Origin: Mizuhopecten yessoensis
Lineage: Eukaryota
NCBI RefSeq assembly: GCF_002113885.1
Contig: NW_018404017.1
Span: 1,352,281-1,416,280, forward strand
DNA length: 64,000 nt
Reading direction: 5' to 3'
The number at the start of each line of letters is the position of its first letter. Position 1 is the first letter of the stretch. A program made the translations under genes and the position numbers. Positions 41,370 through 56,072 of the stretch are shown here, piece after piece. The notes below the pieces were generated by a model. That model had not been told where the DNA came from, did not search any database, and worked only from the letters and a program-made list of their open reading frames with translations.

Positions 41370-41480
41370 CACAGGGGTTAGTTACAAATGTCTGAAATAC
41401 ACATGTTTATGTGTGCTGTGACTCATATCAGTAGGTCTATAACATATGCGTATTTCAGACATTTGTAATGAACCCCTGTG
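41370..41480. mobile_element. 111-bp MITE-like palindrome with CAC..GTG ends
   Basis: CACAGGGGTTAGTTACAAATGTCTGAAATAC pairs with GTATTTCAGACATTTGTAATGAACCCCTGTG. No clear TSD. Confidence 0.65.
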
Positions 41481-43390
41481 GATCAATGCAGTATAATAGG
41501 CGATATTTCTGATAAATTGAATAAGTGTTGAAATTATTTCCATTACCGGCATTGGTTATTTCAACCGATGTGCATTTTGTACGATATTGCAGACCTTGGT
41601 CTCGTGATTGTTGTTATAAAAGTATTTTTTAATATTTTCTTTCCTTTTAAACAATTACAATTACATTGTCATGTCTCATGATGCCAAGTGATATTTCAGC
41701 AGCGTCATGTTTGTTTACATTGGATATTGTAGTTCCTGTCGGTGTTGTATTTATACGCTAGTTATGTCTCGTGGTGCATGGTATTTAATGTCCCATCAAC
41801 GACACAGCTTTCAAATAGCCTATATAGTGGCAATGCCATGCAAATGTAAATATAGGATTAACAACCAGACAAGATAACACACATACGGCGGATACATGTG
41901 AGCTCCACGTAAATATAACGAATGTGTCGTAATGAATGTACTTTAAGTAAAGTGTAAATTACATTAAAAATCGATTATGTTCCTATATTTACATTTCCAC
42001 TACAAGTTCCTCTTAAAGCATTACCGTAAGAAATTTCGTTCATAGGGCTATGAACACATTTTGATCAGCGTCATTTCCAAGATTATCCTGCCGTCTCGAA
42101 TAATATTAGACAACAGCTAGTAGCAAACGTTTTGATGAAGTAATGCTGTACCAGGAATCTCGTTTGCACCAACGACATAAACACATTAATATCGGTAGTA
42201 TAAGGGAGTAATTGTAACAAGGTCAATTTTAAGTAAAAGATATAAGGATTGAACGTCTTGTTTTCAATGTTCATTCCAGTATGAACGCAGGGCTTCATGG
42301 GATATGTATGTAACCGATTTGTGTCCATACCATCAAGAAATCGACAAAAATGCCGTTCAATCTTTATTTACAGATATATTCCTCCTCCTTTTAAAAGGAG
42401 AACAAATACACACAAGCTAGTTGTGTGCCTATATGATAGGTGTTCACACGTATAGGTGTTCTGTTTGTTACGATCCGATTTTCAAGAGGTTCATGGATAT
42501 TTATCTTGCACATCTTTGCTTTTATCAAAGGTGGTTTGATTATTTAAGACTCGCTACATATAATCATGTTCTTTGGAATTGTATCAGTAATATTCCAACA
42601 CGGAGTATACACCAAATTCACTCTTAGTTTCTAGGTTTATATCAGATGTAGAGATCGATAGCAATATGTAACTTGTTATAAAATTAAAAGTAGTTGATGA
42701 TTATCAGATTATAGTTAGCTTTCGTGTTTGTTCAGAATGACTTAATATCATCCGTAAATTTGACCTGAAAGAATCGATACCAGCCTCGGGTTTACTCCGT
42801 ACATTGTGATATCATTGACATTTTCAAATAATTAGAAATGATTGAATGATAGCTTATAGTATAAAATAATTTCTTGTTGTGCATTGAGCGAAACTTTGTT
42901 AGTGAGTCAATCTATTTCAGCTCTGCAACAACATATTACTGCAACGACCTACTTAAGGTAGACTAATGTATTCTAAATTAATTCGAAACCTTGCATCTGT
43001 GATTTCTCCAGCAATAGCATTACACACGGAATTGGAGACATATGCTTCAGTGGACAGCTAATTCTGATGCGCCGGTTCTATAATTACACGGCGGGAAGTA
43101 TCGAGACCTGACCACATGGAAAGCCTATGACATCACGCGTACGACATACGCTTTGGACTACAGCTTTGGCACCTGCATTTCTATGATTATTGGGGAGTTT
43201 AATCGCCTTTTCAGGTCTAGTGTCAAACACACCAACAACATGCAATCTATCTAGTACAGGAATGGAGACAAACACATTGGTAAGTTATAACCTGACTACA
43301 AGGCACCAACATTATATCCCTCCCAAATATGATATATTTGTGTGTAAACCAAATCAATGGATTCAAATTGTATAACGTGTTACAAAGTTT

Positions 43391-43722
43391 GGAGGCACGG
43401 TAGTCTTGTGGTAGGACGCCGGGCTTGTGACCAAAGGGTTGCGGGTTCGAGGCGCGGCACGGCACCGTTTTGTTTCTATGAGCAAAATTGTTTACTCAGC
43501 TTGTTCCAGTCAACTCAGCTGTAAATGAGTACGTGGTTGGGCAGTGCTAGACATGTTGAATGCTAGCTGTTAGCAAGGGAGTTGAGAAAAATATTGGCTA
43601 CCTGAAACGGCCCTATAACCACAGATAATAATTTGTGAACCGCTTTGAGACGACCTACGAACTAGGTTGTGATAAAACGGTATATAGGAACCTCGAATTA
43701 TTATTATCATTAATATTATTAT
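43391..43722 (+). mobile_element. Full-length tRNA-derived SINE with conserved central domain and L2-type tail
   Basis: A-box TAGTCTTGTGG and B-box GGTTCGA. Central TGAGCAA..TCAACTCAGCTGTAAATGAGTAC (CORE-like). 3' TGTGAACCGCTTTGAG..AAAACGGTATATA followed by an (ATT)n tail. Confidence 0.8.
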
Positions 43723-44189
43723 CAAGTTCGCGTCGTTTATAAATGTCAAAAATGCAATAATGGTCGTACAGTACTGTTCCAATACTGAACTTAAATATTC
43801 AGAATAGTTTGAAGATGCAACTGTTTGTTGAGGAAGCCTGGCTGTGAATATGAATTGGGATATGCCTAAACATGTACACACTTTAATCAAATTCACCGAT
43901 GTTTTTCTTTCCATGTCTTTAACCAGCAAACTGCTGTTTTTGCCGTTTCAAGTTTTTTAATTGACTGTCTATATAACTACTCTGTTACTTTTTTACGGCT
44001 TCATTACATGCAATAGCTTGTCGAAAATTCGTTTTACTAATGCAAATGTGTTAATATAGGACCTACATGTAATTATATATATAAAAAAAAAAACGAAAAC
44101 CTTTTTTCTTTAATGACTAGGAGCATGTTTGCATTTTGTTTTGCATTCTTGACCGTCCATATTCCCCACTTGACATTTAGTTGTTTTCG

Positions 44190-44515
44190 TTCCCAAGCTG
44201 GGATATACCAAAGTCCTTAAAGAGCGCTTGCGTTTCCCTGCTTCACCTTCAGAATTTCGGGTAAGGGCACAATCATTGGTGTGGACAACGTGTGGGAAAC
44301 TATGCTGGTTGCCTTCGGTATTGTGTTTCAGTGATGTAGCGCTATAGATTCGGCATCAGATCCGCGCTTTCGCAAAGAAGCAAAATATCCCATTTAGCAC
44401 ACATACACATATACACGAATACATTACGAATACATTACGAATACATTACGAATACATTACACACATAGAAGCACTCCCTCCTAACAGGACGTTACACTCT
44501 TAAATCCAAACAAAC
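44190..44515 (+). mobile_element. Decayed bivalve-type SINE (same family as 45972-46315), containing (GAATACATTAC)x4
   Basis: TTTCAGTGA.GTAGC.CTATA core is shared with the reverse complement of ~46130-46150. 3' end reads GGACGTT..TAAA.CCAAACAAAC. Confidence 0.5.
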
Positions 44516-44884
44516 ACTTAATGTCCACATGTCGCCTTATTTGTTCATTTTCGTCATACAAACTTAGGAAAACCCATATCTGACCTGTCCAAGTACTTTG
44601 TCAGATGCATTTAAATGGATCTTGCACGATGTTAATGTCCAGGTACATGTACAAAGTGGTTTTGTTTACCTGTATACGGGATTGTGTTGTAATTTTACAT
44701 GTGTCGATTAAGTTTGTTTAAAAACACAGAAAACACAATTTCTAAATATAAGAATGCATAGACAGAAAGATAAGCTTATAGATGTTGCTAGAATATAGAA
44801 ACATACGTAAATATCAAGTTTATATGTTTAAACACGAAACCGTATAAATTGTTAAGGCATTCCTCAATTTACACCAACCACGAT

Positions 44885-45035
44885 TGTTATTGCACAACGT
44901 CCGTCCATCGTGCGCACAAATGTGCGCAAGCAATGATCGTCCATCTTTTTATCGTTCGCCCATCGTGCACACATCGTTCACACACCGTGCACACATCGTG
45001 CGCACATTGCACATCGTGTAACGTTGTGCGATCCC
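44885..45035. repeat. Degenerate CACACATCGTG-type short-repeat cluster, possible DNA-transposon subterminal region
   Basis: Repeated CATCGTGC / CACACATCGT / CACACCGTG units. Confidence 0.5.
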
Positions 45036-45971
45036 ACAACTGTACAAAGAGCAACAGATATGAGCTGGAGAAATTGTCAAAACGCTAGCTTCGTAGAATG
45101 TTTTTTGTCCTTACAGGTTTGAGTCACGAACGAGTTCCAATGTCTGATAGCATAAGAAAGTCTGACATTTAGTGAAATATTATACTGTACCAACCTACCT
45201 AGATGCACTCACCCAGCGTAAATTTGGACTGAACGCGCGTTTGTACGACAGGGATTGAAGCAATACTAATTAGCACAAACAGTTCAATTGTACCTAACCA
45301 ATGGTCAAGTTATATTTAAATACAAGACTGTAGAGCGAGCACCAAGAATCCGGAAAAATCCGATCATACAGATGACTCATTAAGACAATGAAGTGGCAGA
45401 ATTGGATAGTTGATAAAAACGGGAATTACAATGAGGAATGGATCAATTAATCAATTGACGAAAATAAAGAATTGGGCCAAAAGGGTAATGTGTCACTCAT
45501 TCAGAACAAATGGTAGTGTCGTCTTCCACTGCTTTCTCTCACAATGATATAATCTGTTCCGTGAGCAGCTCAATTGTCTCTGTTTGATATCTAAACTTAG
45601 AAGGATATAATGCCTAGTGTCTAGAATAAATCCTGATTCACAGTAAGGACAACTGGTACACTTCAATTAAAGTAATGACCACCTCAAGGAACCGTGGGGG
45701 GTAGTCTACAATGTACCTACGGAATGTCAGGAACGATGGCCGCGTCAAATTGGCTACTGTTTCACGTTAGAAGTGAGACTTTAGAAAAACGCATTGTCAA
45801 CTTCAAGATTTATAAAACAATTGCTAAAATACCAAGATAGGATGTGTTCTCCATCATTTCTAAAGTATCGATTCATAACAATTATCATTTTGATTATGAT
45901 TTTTGAGTAATGGCCAGGGAAGTACTCTATGACTTGTTACAATATTCATATTAGGAAATAACTATGTTCGC

Positions 45972-46315
45972 TGGTTTGTTGTACAGGGTTTAACCTCCTT
46001 TCAACAACTAAGGTTATTTACGGACGTGTCTCCATGTTTAATGCGAATGCTTGCACTTGTCAATGTGTGCTGCAGGCGGCATGTTGGTGTATTTGCCGCC
46101 TTGTAAAAGAACGAATCTGATGTCGATCTTATAGTGCTACGTCACTGAAATACTATGCCAAAGACACGAACCAAAGCATTCCGCATGATAACATTACACT
46201 GACAATGGGTGAACCCGTTGTTGCCATTTTCCTAAATGCTGAACGTTAAGCATGGAAAAGCAACTTCCAATTTAAGGTCTTCGGGATGTCCTGGCCTGGG
46301 GATAGAACCCATTGC
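45972..46315 (-). mobile_element. tRNA-derived SINE (Meta-SINE-like)
   Basis: Minus strand reads GGGTTCTATCCCCAGGCCAGGACATCCCGAAGACC-TTAAATTGGAAGTTGC (B-box region), then TTTCAGTGACGTAGCACTATAA, ending GTTAAACCC..ACAAAC. Confidence 0.65.
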
Positions 46316-46559
46316 CTTCATCACCTGATTGAACGTTCAGCATTCAAACCAAAAGTGCGATGTTGCTTCGCAAGGCGCCAAGAAAATAAGATGAGGTTAA
46401 CAAGTAGAGGGTAATATATAGATCCCAAATTTTGCAAAAATTACAGATCTATTTTAGTCACTTTTGTGTCCCCAAGTTAAGGGTACAAAAACAAACCCCC
46501 ATTCTACAGGCGTTACCACAAATGTTGATGATTTGTGTTGAGACTTTCGTAGAGAAAAC

Positions 46560-47340
46560 AGGGGAGTAGCAATTCTTGTTAAGAGGTGAAAAGATATAAT
46601 ATTGCCCGGTGAGAGGAGGGAAAGTACATGAACTTGTAATATTGTTCATTACAGAGAATGAAAGGGTAAACTTATTTTTAATTAGGTTCTACTTTATTAA
46701 GGGATTAATCAATAAATGGACATTTTATCTTTATCTCTATAAACGATGTAAAATGTAATTGCACAGAAAAAGGATTGTAAAGAGATATCATCATTGCGTG
46801 TTAAAGGGAGAAAAAATGAGAAAGTTTTGCCTATTAAATGGGGAAAAAAGAGATATTCTTACATTTTCAAGGGAGTGAAAGAAGATGTCATTACATGTTT
46901 AAGGACGAAAAGAATATATTGTTATCTATTACAAGGAGAAAGGAGAAAGCATTGCATGTTAAAGTGGTAAAGAGAATTATTGGTAACAATATATTGTTAC
47001 CAAATAAAGAGAGAAGAGAGGGGAAATATTATTACAGTTTTATGGGAGAAATGGGATATTTATGCCTGTTAAAGGGAGAGAAATGTAGTGCTATTGCCTA
47101 TTATAGAGAGAGTAGATATTGTTTACTGTTAAATGGACAGAAATAAGATAATGTCGCTTTTTCAAAGGAGGAATGGATATATTGTTGCCTTTTAAATGGA
47201 GAGATATGTAATTTTACCTATTTAAGAGATGGCAGATTTTGTTAACTGCTACATTGTAAAGGGACAGAAAAATGATAATGTTTTTTTTTAAGGAGAAATA
47301 GAGATAAACTAGCCTGTTAAATGTATTAAGGGAGTAAAAA
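46560..47340. repeat. Degenerate purine-rich minisatellite (TTGCCTGTTAAAGGGAGAAA core)
   Basis: The core recurs about every 35-45 bp with high divergence. Confidence 0.6.
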
Positions 47341-48124
47341 TGTAAATGCATGGCGTGTCGGCATAGATTGTATCAGTTTTAAATAACACAGTCATGTAGA
47401 TGTGTATGATTATGCAGATATCTCATTCTAATAACCTTATTCGTTAAAAATCAACTGCTCATGGCTTGGATACATGGGATAATTCCCTGCCGAGTAAGGT
47501 AATACTTTTTTCACCAGAAAATGACTAAAAATAGATTATATCACATCCCTCAGTTTTCTCTACGATTCACTTGGCAGTTTTTCATTGACAGCTACAATAA
47601 TGGACCCATGTGTTTAGATGCTCTCTCGACTGATAAATGAGGACAGATTCACTATATGCCACATGTCCACCGGACAGCTGATAGAAAAGAGCAGACAATT
47701 CTTCAATTGTGTTTGTCTGAGGAGCGTTAGACAAAAATAACAAAATCATTGATGACGCCAACGAAACAAGACAGGAACATTGCAAACATCCATCCTTCTT
47801 TCAGGACGTCTGATTATTCTAAAGTGCTGCGGACGTAAACGAAAACCATTCGATGAAACTAAGGTATACAATGAACATATGAACAGGTAGATCGTAACGG
47901 TAGGCTTCGATTCAGACAGATTAAAGGTATATCACATTGTAGAACTAAAACCTAGAGTAGTGTCAACGACACTACAAAGTATGCTAATAAGCACAATGAA
48001 GCATGTCATTGACAATGTTATATTCCCTATGAATACATGATGGACGACATAATTCATCAATCTATATCATGTTACCATGTGTTTGTTTTCTTATGTATTT
48101 TGTTTTCGTCAGCATTCAACACTT

Positions 48125-49690
48125 ATCATAGAAATCGTGATATGCAGAGAAAACTCGTGTGTATCTAATCACACGAGACATTAAAACACCGTATACGGAG
48201 AGAGTAAAGGCGTTACTATATAAAAAAAAAGTAAAGGTGACGATCGAAAAATCAAAATCGCAACGCTTGTTGTCATACGGGTCAAAATAAAAAATGAAGG
48301 AATCGTCAAGGTTGTTGTTCCCAGTCCTTACATTCCGCTACAAGTTGAAGCATTACCAATCAGCAAAGGGATGGCCTCAGATTCCTGTGGATGTGGTATG
48401 TGTTAAAGATCGTTACTCTTAGCTCAAATAAGATTTTGTTAAACAGTAATTCAACTTTTCTCATGATTTCATGATTGGCCATTATGATTTTTTTGTATAT
48501 GCTACAGGATGGTTTTTCACTATAAATGAGTATTAACCTTCACTTCTTTTAGAGGAACAAGAGTATGGTATCTGACAGGACAGACTGTCCAGATTGATGA
48601 TATAACCTTGATGAATTGGTACTAAAATATCGTTAAGAAATTTTGATAAATGAGTGTGTAGTAAGCGGGCGACACGTTATTATATAACGGTTTGAATGGA
48701 AATTCGGCTCTCGAATACCACATAAACTGCGACATGCAAACACCGTAATGGAAGCAGGTATGCACTATCAAAATAGGGAAAATTATCGATCGGAAAGTAA
48801 AATTTATACTAGTAAGTATTAAGGATATACGTTTCTGATGTTTAATTTACATTTTGATCTCGAGTAACGGGTTTATATAAGATAATACAATGCCTTTTGA
48901 TTGGTAATTTTTTACATTTTTTTTTCAAAAAAAGGCCTTTTTGGAAACGTGTTTTTTTTGCGTTTCTTGAAAAGTGTTACCCTGTAATAGGTGAACAATA
49001 GAAAAAAATAATAACGGGACAAAAACAGTACACTGACCCGGACTTTTTGTGGCTGTTTGAGATAGAAAAGCACCCTAATTGAACATTAAATAAATTTTCA
49101 TATTACGCGTTTAATCTGCAAAAGTAGGGAGGGGGGGGGGGGATCTAATTAGAAAATGAGGGTTAAGAGTAACCTTAATTGTTTTCCTGAGTTAAAAGAA
49201 AATGTGTCAGAAATGTTACTTTCTTTATTTAGAAGAAAATACTATTTTCATCAATTCTGCAATTATTTATTCATTTCTACATTTATGTAGTAACGCAATA
49301 AGAAGTAATTGTATGAATTTGTCCCGCATACTACCAAAACAAATAAATATCAAGTGAAGATCGATGAACGAAGCTGGAGATGAAGAGCCTGTCGCGTCCT
49401 TCATTCAAGGTTCGGAACGGGGTATATACGATCGATATGGCCAATTCGTCGTCAAATGTGAAAATGAATAAATATGCTAGGTCTTTGCTACCTGTCCTGA
49501 TAAGCCCATCAATAAATTCATCTTCATATCGGCCTGCAGATGGACACAGTTTGTTCCCATAGGATTGCCCACAGTCTGCTGGAAAATGTTGCCACAGAAT
49601 TCACAAAAATGTTGGCAACCAGACACTCAATAATTCCCTTAATGTCATCCTCAGGGTATTACATTTGTTGTGCTCTTCACAAAAAATGCT
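48125..49690 (-). pseudogene. Second decayed Penelope-like RT, split by a ~1-kb insertion
   Basis: 49360-49690 gives NIFV..IFQQTVGNPMGTNC..YEDEFI..DRIYP..KDAT.SSSPASF. 48125-48280 gives the next collinear motifs YD.KRCDFDFSIV..YGVLMSRVIRYTRV..YHDF. Confidence 0.75.
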
Positions 49691-50615
49691 CCTAGATAAT
49701 TGACAATCATGCATTTCCTTTAAAAGAAACCTCTCATACCTAGGAAACGAAGTCGTCAATTTCACAATTTCCGGTTGGTTTGAGGTGATGTAGTGCAAAG
49801 GAACACAAAGGCAACGGTTTTGATAGAGTAAACACTTTTGAGAAGTGGCCTTTCAAGATTCAGCAATACATTATCTGTATGGTTTCGATAAGTATGCATT
49901 ATGTACTACGGTTGGGCGAGATTTAACCGCAGTAATTATCATCTAATGACGTTGATTAGTATTGGTGTTACTTCTTGTGAAACTAGCAACAAGTATGTCT
50001 TTTCTTAATTGGCTGTCTTGTTGATCTCAGCATGTTATGTTTTGGCGCTTGAACATATAATTTAAAATTGCAGAAGCTGATCATGAACAACTGAAGTGTT
50101 AGTAATTGTGTTGTGTGTTAATTGTTGTTAGTACATACCGCTCCATTATCTGTTATAAGAAACATCAATATAGCTGAAGCATTCTTTGGTCACAGTGTGT
50201 CGGATGTCAAACCATTGTGTCCATAAATACTTGCTGTGGGGTTATGCGTTTGTTCTGGCCTTGCTTTGATATGTAATCAATGTAAACTTAGGGTAGCTCG
50301 TAGGGATCGAAATAGTGAGTTGTTAAATAGCAATACGGATGTTTACTACAATGATCTAGGAATCTAGGTCATAAGAGACGTAATCATTAATCAAGTTAGT
50401 TCATGACGCGAGTTGATGATGCCGCCAGTCTATTTTGATACCAAATAGGTAATGGATCGGAAACCTAATTGCCAAACAGTCGAACAGAAAATTACATGGT
50501 ACATAAAAAAAGCAAAATTAAAAGCACTGTTTATTCCTACACAAGAAAACGATAAGAGCTCAAAACATTGATATTAAAAATAATATCAAAGTAAATCAAC
50601 ATAATCGCTCCTCCA

Positions 50616-50618
<3 letters not shown>

Positions 50619-50683
<65 letters not shown>
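50619..50683. repeat. (CT)n microsatellite
   Basis: About 32 CT units. Confidence 0.98.
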
Positions 50684-50686
<3 letters not shown>

Positions 50687-53376
50687 CTGTAACCATGATA
50701 TATATCAGACATCAATATGTCTTTCTTCTAGCTACCCAAGTGAATATTAACTAGAAGTAAGCTGTGCCACAGCTAGGTACTACACATTGGGTAAGCCTAA
50801 CAGGTTGCGGTTGAACAATGAATTAAGCTAATTAAAATAGAACAAGGATAAGGCGATACTACTTAAAGCTAGAATGAACGTATTGTGACATAGGAACCGC
50901 ACACCTGTTTATAGACGAATTAACCCGAGCTGTAATGATCACTTATAATTAAAAATATACGACAATTGTTTCATTTATAATTCATAAGTGGTACTGAACG
51001 TTAAAAGAAACGGATGTAAATCATATACAGATTTACAGAAACAGGGAGCAGGTTCTTATCAAAACCTTTTATACAATTGTTTAAGTGTTTTAATGCAGAT
51101 AGGTTCCTTTTAATCTAGTGAGCAAATATTAGCTACAGGAAGACGGACAAGAACAGAAACTGATGATTTACCAATAGTATCACCTTCATGGACCAAGTAA
51201 TATGAACTAATCATAGGAGATTTATAGGTTCGATATGTAAAGTAAACATCTACTCCACCATATGGTCGTTTCCTCCATTAAGGACGGATCATTAACACTT
51301 TTATTCCGTTTTATTATACCACGTGGCTCAAACTCACTGTCCACTAAATAGCCTTCAGGATCATTATTGTCTATGACCTGGAATTAATCGAAAACGAGAA
51401 TACGATTCAAATTTAAAAAAAGAAGAAGAAGACTTTTTATCAATTGTAGAATGGTTTAATGTGCTGATAAGTAACAGATTAATGTAACACACCAAGGTGA
51501 TTTCATTATTTAAAAAAAATGTTTATAGATACAGTATGCCAAAGATGAATTACACGATTTCGTCCTTATTGGACTAATCGGTGGTGCTGGGGGCAACAAA
51601 GCTTAGAATCCATATTTTTCTGAACTACTGAAGAAACAGACCAATTTTCAATGTCTAAAAAATAAAACACCAATACGAGATTACCAGGCAAATACTATGG
51701 TGCTAAACGGATTCATGACGAAACACGTGCTCTTTATGACAATCAACATTGATAATGCAGAAAACATCACTCGTCGCTAAACATATAACTTACAGATTGC
51801 AGGCCACTTACTATGTTTCTGTTTTAGTCTGAGCCTCTAAGAAACCTCAAAATTTTATATGATAATTACTATAAAAACATTAATCCTCGTCTCTAATTAT
51901 TGACCAGGCGGTCAATCTGTATGCTGCTGATAATCCAAGGCCAGACTTGTTTTTTAATTTCCGTTGTTACAAGTCAATGTCTCGCGGTCAGACTTTTGTC
52001 CTTGTCATTGCTCAGCTATTTAGTTATTGAGTTGTCTGTTAACTGTAGTCCATGCCATGCAGCCAGACCGCTTAGTTGCCCTCTTTTGATATCAACTGCT
52101 TACCTTCTTTACACAGTAATGCATAGCTGTCGTTATATATACGTGACAAATATTGCTGACACGTCTAAGACAGTCTATAAGAGATATGTGTATTCAGATG
52201 TAACGTACCAATCATACACTTGTAATAGGATATCGATTAAATAAAAGTAATTAATCCTACGCGATACAAAGAAACCTTAAGGATACTATCACAAGTCTTA
52301 TTTAAGTATTTGCCGCCCACACGGGTGTCTGATTGTATAACGTAGACGACGTATCAGCGCCACGACCCAAGGGACACAGGTTATGCAGTGCGGAGCCCCG
52401 GGGACTCCCTAGTTGATGAGGAATATGACGATCAGACAATCTAAAACACTATTAGTTTACAACGTACGTGATGTAAACGATTCCTGGTAATAGATTGAGA
52501 CGATTACAAGGTGTGAACACGACACACGATGGCGATATATAACCGTTGGATATCTGTATCCGTGTTGTGTAATTGTCGCGCGGCATCTTAAATCTTTATC
52601 CGGAATGTGTCCAACCGACATATTTTAATACGTCACTTCCGTCTGGATTGTAACAATCAAAGATGTAGACATTTCAGTGAAGTGGATAAATGTGTTATGC
52701 GGTTAAGAACAATACTTTTATTTTCTGAAATCGAGAAACATAATACAATACGGCAAAGTGTGTAGGTATACAGGAAGTGGTGATAAAATATCAATGTAGT
52801 ATTTATTGAATTCAGAACATATTTATAAAAAAAAAATCATTTTGGCCACGGCTGTAAGTCGTGTTCTTTTCCGAAGATTAAGAGTAAAAATTGGTGAAAG
52901 TGATATTTAACAGGCTGACGTTCATTTCAAGGACAAACCTGTTTTGGTGGTTTCAGTTAAAACAGATAAGACCATTAACCATGGAATAATCACTCGAAAT
53001 ACAAAATAGGAAAACACTTGTTAAAAAACGCATTTCGGTACAAGAAGCCAAACGAAGTAAAATCTTTTTTACGATATGGCCAACTCGCCTATTTGGACTG
53101 AACAGTAGTGTTAAAAGTAAGCAGAAACAAAATTGCACAGCATAATAACGCTGGCTATATGGCGCTTTATATCTCAGAATCTCACTGTCGGTTTGCATTA
53201 AGCATCGTACAAATTTAACTACACACCACTACTACATCTATTGAGCCTTGACCATTGTTTTTATCGTAAGTCTTTTTCCAGATTTCTCTGTTTTGAAACA
53301 CATAGCAAAATCTAAATGTTGATTTGTTTCAATACTTACTCCATGTTAACCTTGACTAGTGATAAACATCACCAAT

Positions 53377-53451
53377 CCCAATGCTCTCGTTAACCATCAC
53401 GCTTCCCAATGCTCTCGTTAAACATCACGCTTCCCAATGCTCTCGTTAAAC
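53377..53451. repeat. 28-bp minisatellite x2.7
   Basis: CCCAATGCTCTCGTTAAACATCACGCTT repeated. Confidence 0.9.
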
Positions 53452-55064
53452 GTCGTGAGCTTTGAAGTGGGACGACGATAAGTGTAAGGCGGACGCTCGC
53501 GGGCGGGGAATCTTCCAATCATCTGTTAGTTAATGGAAGAACTGTGTTTTGTGCAGTAAATACATGTTATTGAAGGTATGCAAGTCTTAATGTTTCACCA
53601 TTGAGATGATTTCAATTACACTAACAGAACATGCTTTAGAAGAAATTTCGTAGGGGACTTATTGTTATGCTACGCAATGTATGTTTCCTTGGTAATCCTC
53701 CATTGCTAATACCATGATATTTAGTCACGTTAAGTCAATCTTCCATAGCAGAAAAACACTTTCACATTTTGTTCATATTCTAATGACATTCCTTAAAGGA
53801 TTAAACAAAATAAATAGAAATATTTTAAAACGAATAACGCTATTTATCTAAATATCGTTATAACTAAAGTAGTATCTTAGTGTGCCATAAATGAGAGATA
53901 ACCCAACTTTACTTTGCAATTGTCAATTAGATGTAATTACACTTTCGAAAGTCGAGTTTTATTGACCACATAGCATGGATCTTTTCCCTTAAATAGACTT
54001 AAAAAAAAAAAAAAAAAAAGGAGATCTTTTCATAAAGGAAACGGTAGAATGATATCATAACAAAAGATTTTACTCCTTAATAGCTTTAGAGCTATTATGT
54101 TGTTTCTTTGAAAACACTATTTAAACGTATAATTCTTTCAACAAGAAGTGTACCATGTTCATGAAGTGATTCACCATGTGACAATCTTTGTTATCATGAT
54201 AGTTTAAAGCTACCAATCACTCCTCTGTGTAATCTTACTCTCGCAGGAACGGTTCTAAAGACAATTATTACAGCGCACTTATAAATATATGCGTCATCAT
54301 TTTCTCATTCTTTCCACGTATAAAAGGTTCTGCACCGCAGCTGACAGAACTGCCGAACACACCATGGTGCCATAACAACTACGAACACAGATTTTAACAT
54401 GTCTGTATCCTGCACGTACTCTTACAATCATACATATTCAAAATCCACAATTTGCATGCAAAACGTTCGGAATTGTGTTTTGACAAATTGGTTTCCAATT
54501 TGGTGCCTCCGAGGAGGGTTAAAAACATGGTCGAATGAATGTGTATACCAATGGCTGTCAAGACTCTCGCTCATCTGTTATCTGTTCAACAGACAGGGCA
54601 ATCTATCTTCCACTTAAACACAAGGGGAAGAGAAATAATGATCAACCTGCTATCGGCTTTACGATCTAGACTAAACAGCACAAAACAGTGGAATGGTATC
54701 AAATATTAATGACAAGGAAATCCCTTCAAGCTTACACGAGAATATAACATATTCTGCAATAACAAAGGTTGTATTACATTGTACTGGGTTCCAAGAGATC
54801 TGCTCAAAGTAACTTACAACAAACTCAACGAGAAATTATTCCTGGTCGATTCGAGTCAAGGTTACAAGAGTCAACTTAGGTCGAAGCTACGAGAGTCGAT
54901 CCATCACAGAGTTACTAGCGGTGTACTCAATTTGAGGTTACTAAGGGCCATCTAAAACTAAGAACTCAAACCGAAAATGCTAGCCGTAAACTCAAACGAT
55001 GGTACTAGAAGTCAACTCCATAAGAGGATACAAGAGATCGTTCTAATACGAGGATGCAAGGTAT

Positions 55065-55500
55065 TTAACTTATACGAAGGTATTATAAGTTAACCTTATA
55101 CGAGGGTACTAGAAGTTAACCTTAATCAAGGATACAAGCCGTTAACCTTATACGAGGATACTAGAAGTTAATCTTATACGAGGGTACTAGAAGTTAACCT
55201 TATACGATGGTACTAGAAGTTAACCTTATACGAGGATACTAGAAGTTAACCTTATACGAGGATACTAGAAGTTAACCTTATCCGAGGGTACTACAAGTTA
55301 ACCTTATACGAGAATACTAGAAGTTAACCTTATACGAGGGTACTATATGTTAACCTTATACGATGATACTAGAAGTTAACCTTTTACGAGGGTACTAGAA
55401 GTAGACCGTATACGATGGTAAACTAATTTAGCTTAATAGGAGGATACAAGTTGTTGACCGTATACGAGGGTACTAGAAGTTAACTTCATAGGAGGATACA
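55065..55500. repeat. 26-bp minisatellite (GTTAACCTTATACGAGGRTACTAGAA), ~16 copies with a degenerate upstream extension
   Basis: 26-bp period (55141 vs 55167). Decayed units extend back to ~54850. Confidence 0.95.
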
Positions 55501-56072
55501 AGACGAGTAGTAGGGTATTTATGTTGTGCGCTTACGTGGTATTACTCAATATATATTCACTGGGGACATAACATAATACAGGTGTATCTGTTCAAACAGA
55601 TATGTCGTTTTTACACTCCTACAGTGATTCATAACAGTTTTATGTATATTTAGCTGTGATTAAAGATTGGTTTGTAGTCTGTGTTATATTCAATTTGAAT
55701 TAATATTGTTTATATAGCGCAATCAAAAGAATATCGTTTGATGTTGATAAATGTTCCTAAGCGATCAAACAGCTACCTCTGTGTGATATATGGAGAAATT
55801 TTAACCTGGCTGATGTATCATATTTCGACTCATTTCATTATAAAGATATATTTGATACAATAACAATATAATATAAAATAGCCATAGAAGGTATTCTCCA
55901 GAGGAGGACAATGTATCTGTTCAGACGAGGAATCGTCAGTCACAAAGCTATAGGGACACAACCTCAATGGCTTCTTCGTTAACATAAAACAAATGTATCA
56001 AATGAGTAAGCTTCGGAATCTTTAAACGGTAGATAATTATAAAAAAAGAAGAATGACATACGTTACCGAGCA

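Noticed and set aside
43391-43465. tRNA-His gene
   Set aside because: The acceptor and T stems are degenerate, and the sequence continues into a SINE body and tail.
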